Of a stretch of DNA of 64,000 nucleotides, positions 62,780 through 64,000 are shown in pieces. Location of the stretch: NCBI RefSeq assembly GCF_018977255.1, contig NW_024704743.1:93188001-93252000 (forward strand), read 5' to 3'. Numbering within the stretch: position 1 is the stretch's first letter; every line of letters begins with the position of its first letter. The notes under the pieces are model-generated. The model ran no database searches. It was given only the letters and a program-made list of their open reading frames with translations, and was not told the origin of the DNA. This DNA comes from Callorhinchus milii. Its lineage: Eukaryota. The translations under genes and the position numbers were made by a program.

Positions 62780-64000
62780 AGAGAGTTCCTTTTTTTAGAT
62801 CGGCTGAGTGTCTGAACAATCAACGGTGAAGATATTCAAGTGGAAGAGGACTAATTTTAGTGAGTTAAAAGGGATCCAGGAAATTGGGATTAAAATAAAA
62901 CAAAAAAAGGAAGCTCATGATAAATGTCAGGTCCAAAATACAGAAGATAATCAAATAGAAATAGAGAAAGTACAGAGGAGAACTAAAAAAGGAAATAAGA
63001 GGGGCAAAGAGATTGTATGAAAAAAGATTAGTGACTGGCATAAAAGGGAACTGTAAATTATTTTATAAGCATATAAAAACGTAGTCAAAGGTAGGGTAGG
63101 TCCAATTAGGGACCAAATAGGAAATCTTCTTGTGGAAGCAGAGGGCATGGCGACATACTGAAAGAGCACTTTATATCTGTCTTCACAAAAAAGAGGATGC
63201 AGCCAATGGCACAGCATCGGAGGAGAGGGTAGAGAAATTGGATAAGGTAAGAATAAACCGAGAGGAGGTACTAAAAAGGTTGATGGTGCTCAAGGTAGAT
63301 AAGTCACCCAGTCCAGAGGGGCTGCATCCTAGGTTACTGAGGGACGTAAGGGTGGAAATAATGGAGGCTCTGGCCATAACCTTTCAATTCTCCTTGTACA
63401 CTGGGATGGTGCCAGAGGACTGTAGGGTTGCAAATCTTACTACCCTGTAAAAAAAGGGGCAGAAGGATAAACCTGGGAAGGACAGGCCAGTCATCTTAAC
63501 GTCAGTAGTGGGGAAACTTCTAGAGACTATAATCCGGAACAAAATAAATTTTCACTTAGAAAAATATGGGTTAATAAAGTTTTTTGATGAAGTAACGGAA
63601 AGGGTGGATGAAGGTGGTCAATTGATGTAGTTTATATGGATTTTCAAAGGGCGTTTGCCACATAAGAGACTTGTAAGCAAAATAGAAGCCCATGGTATGA
63701 AAGGGATAGTGGCAGTATGAATACAGAACTGTTTGGGAAAGAGAAAGCAGAGAGTGGTGCTGAAAGGTTGTTTTTCTGATTGGAGGGAAGTGTGCAGTGG
63801 TGTCCTCCAGGGGTTGGTATTGGGACCACTGCTGTTTTTGATCTATATAAATGATCTGGACTTGGGTATATGGAGCACCATTGCAGATGACACTCAGCTA
63901 GGAAAAGTTAAACAATGAAGAGAATAGTAGCAGACCTCAAGAAGATATAGACAGACTGGTAAAATGGGCAGGTATGTGTCAGCTGAAGTTTAATGTGGAT
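62780..64000 (+). mobile_element. CR1 LINE ORF2 relic running off the window end
   Basis: KSPSPEGLHPRLL, VPEDCRVAN, RKQRVV..SGVLQGLVLGPLLFLIYINDLD..ADDT. Confidence 0.93.

Overview
AT-rich, repeat-dense vertebrate DNA with no intact protein-coding gene, rRNA, true tRNA or CRISPR array. The repeats (tRNA-Ala-headed Deu-domain SINEs with L2-type tails, SacSINE1-like SINEs, L2 and CR1 LINE fragments) point to a cartilaginous fish, probably a chimaera (inference). The main observation lies between the repeats. When translated by hand through stops and frameshifts, much of that sequence gives decayed motifs of non-segmented negative-strand RNA virus (Mononegavirales-like) proteins: more than ten L polymerase segments, three or four nucleoprotein segments and two class III glycoprotein-like segments. 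All of them read on the minus strand, whereas the SINEs and LINEs occur on both strands. Several segments cover the same part of L with unrelated nucleotide sequence, which implies repeated independent integrations. I hypothesise a one-strand archive of endogenous viral elements, possibly a piRNA-cluster-like antiviral locus. All viral assignments are by-eye comparisons with reference motifs recalled from memory and need tBLASTn/HMM confirmation. Boundaries are approximate.
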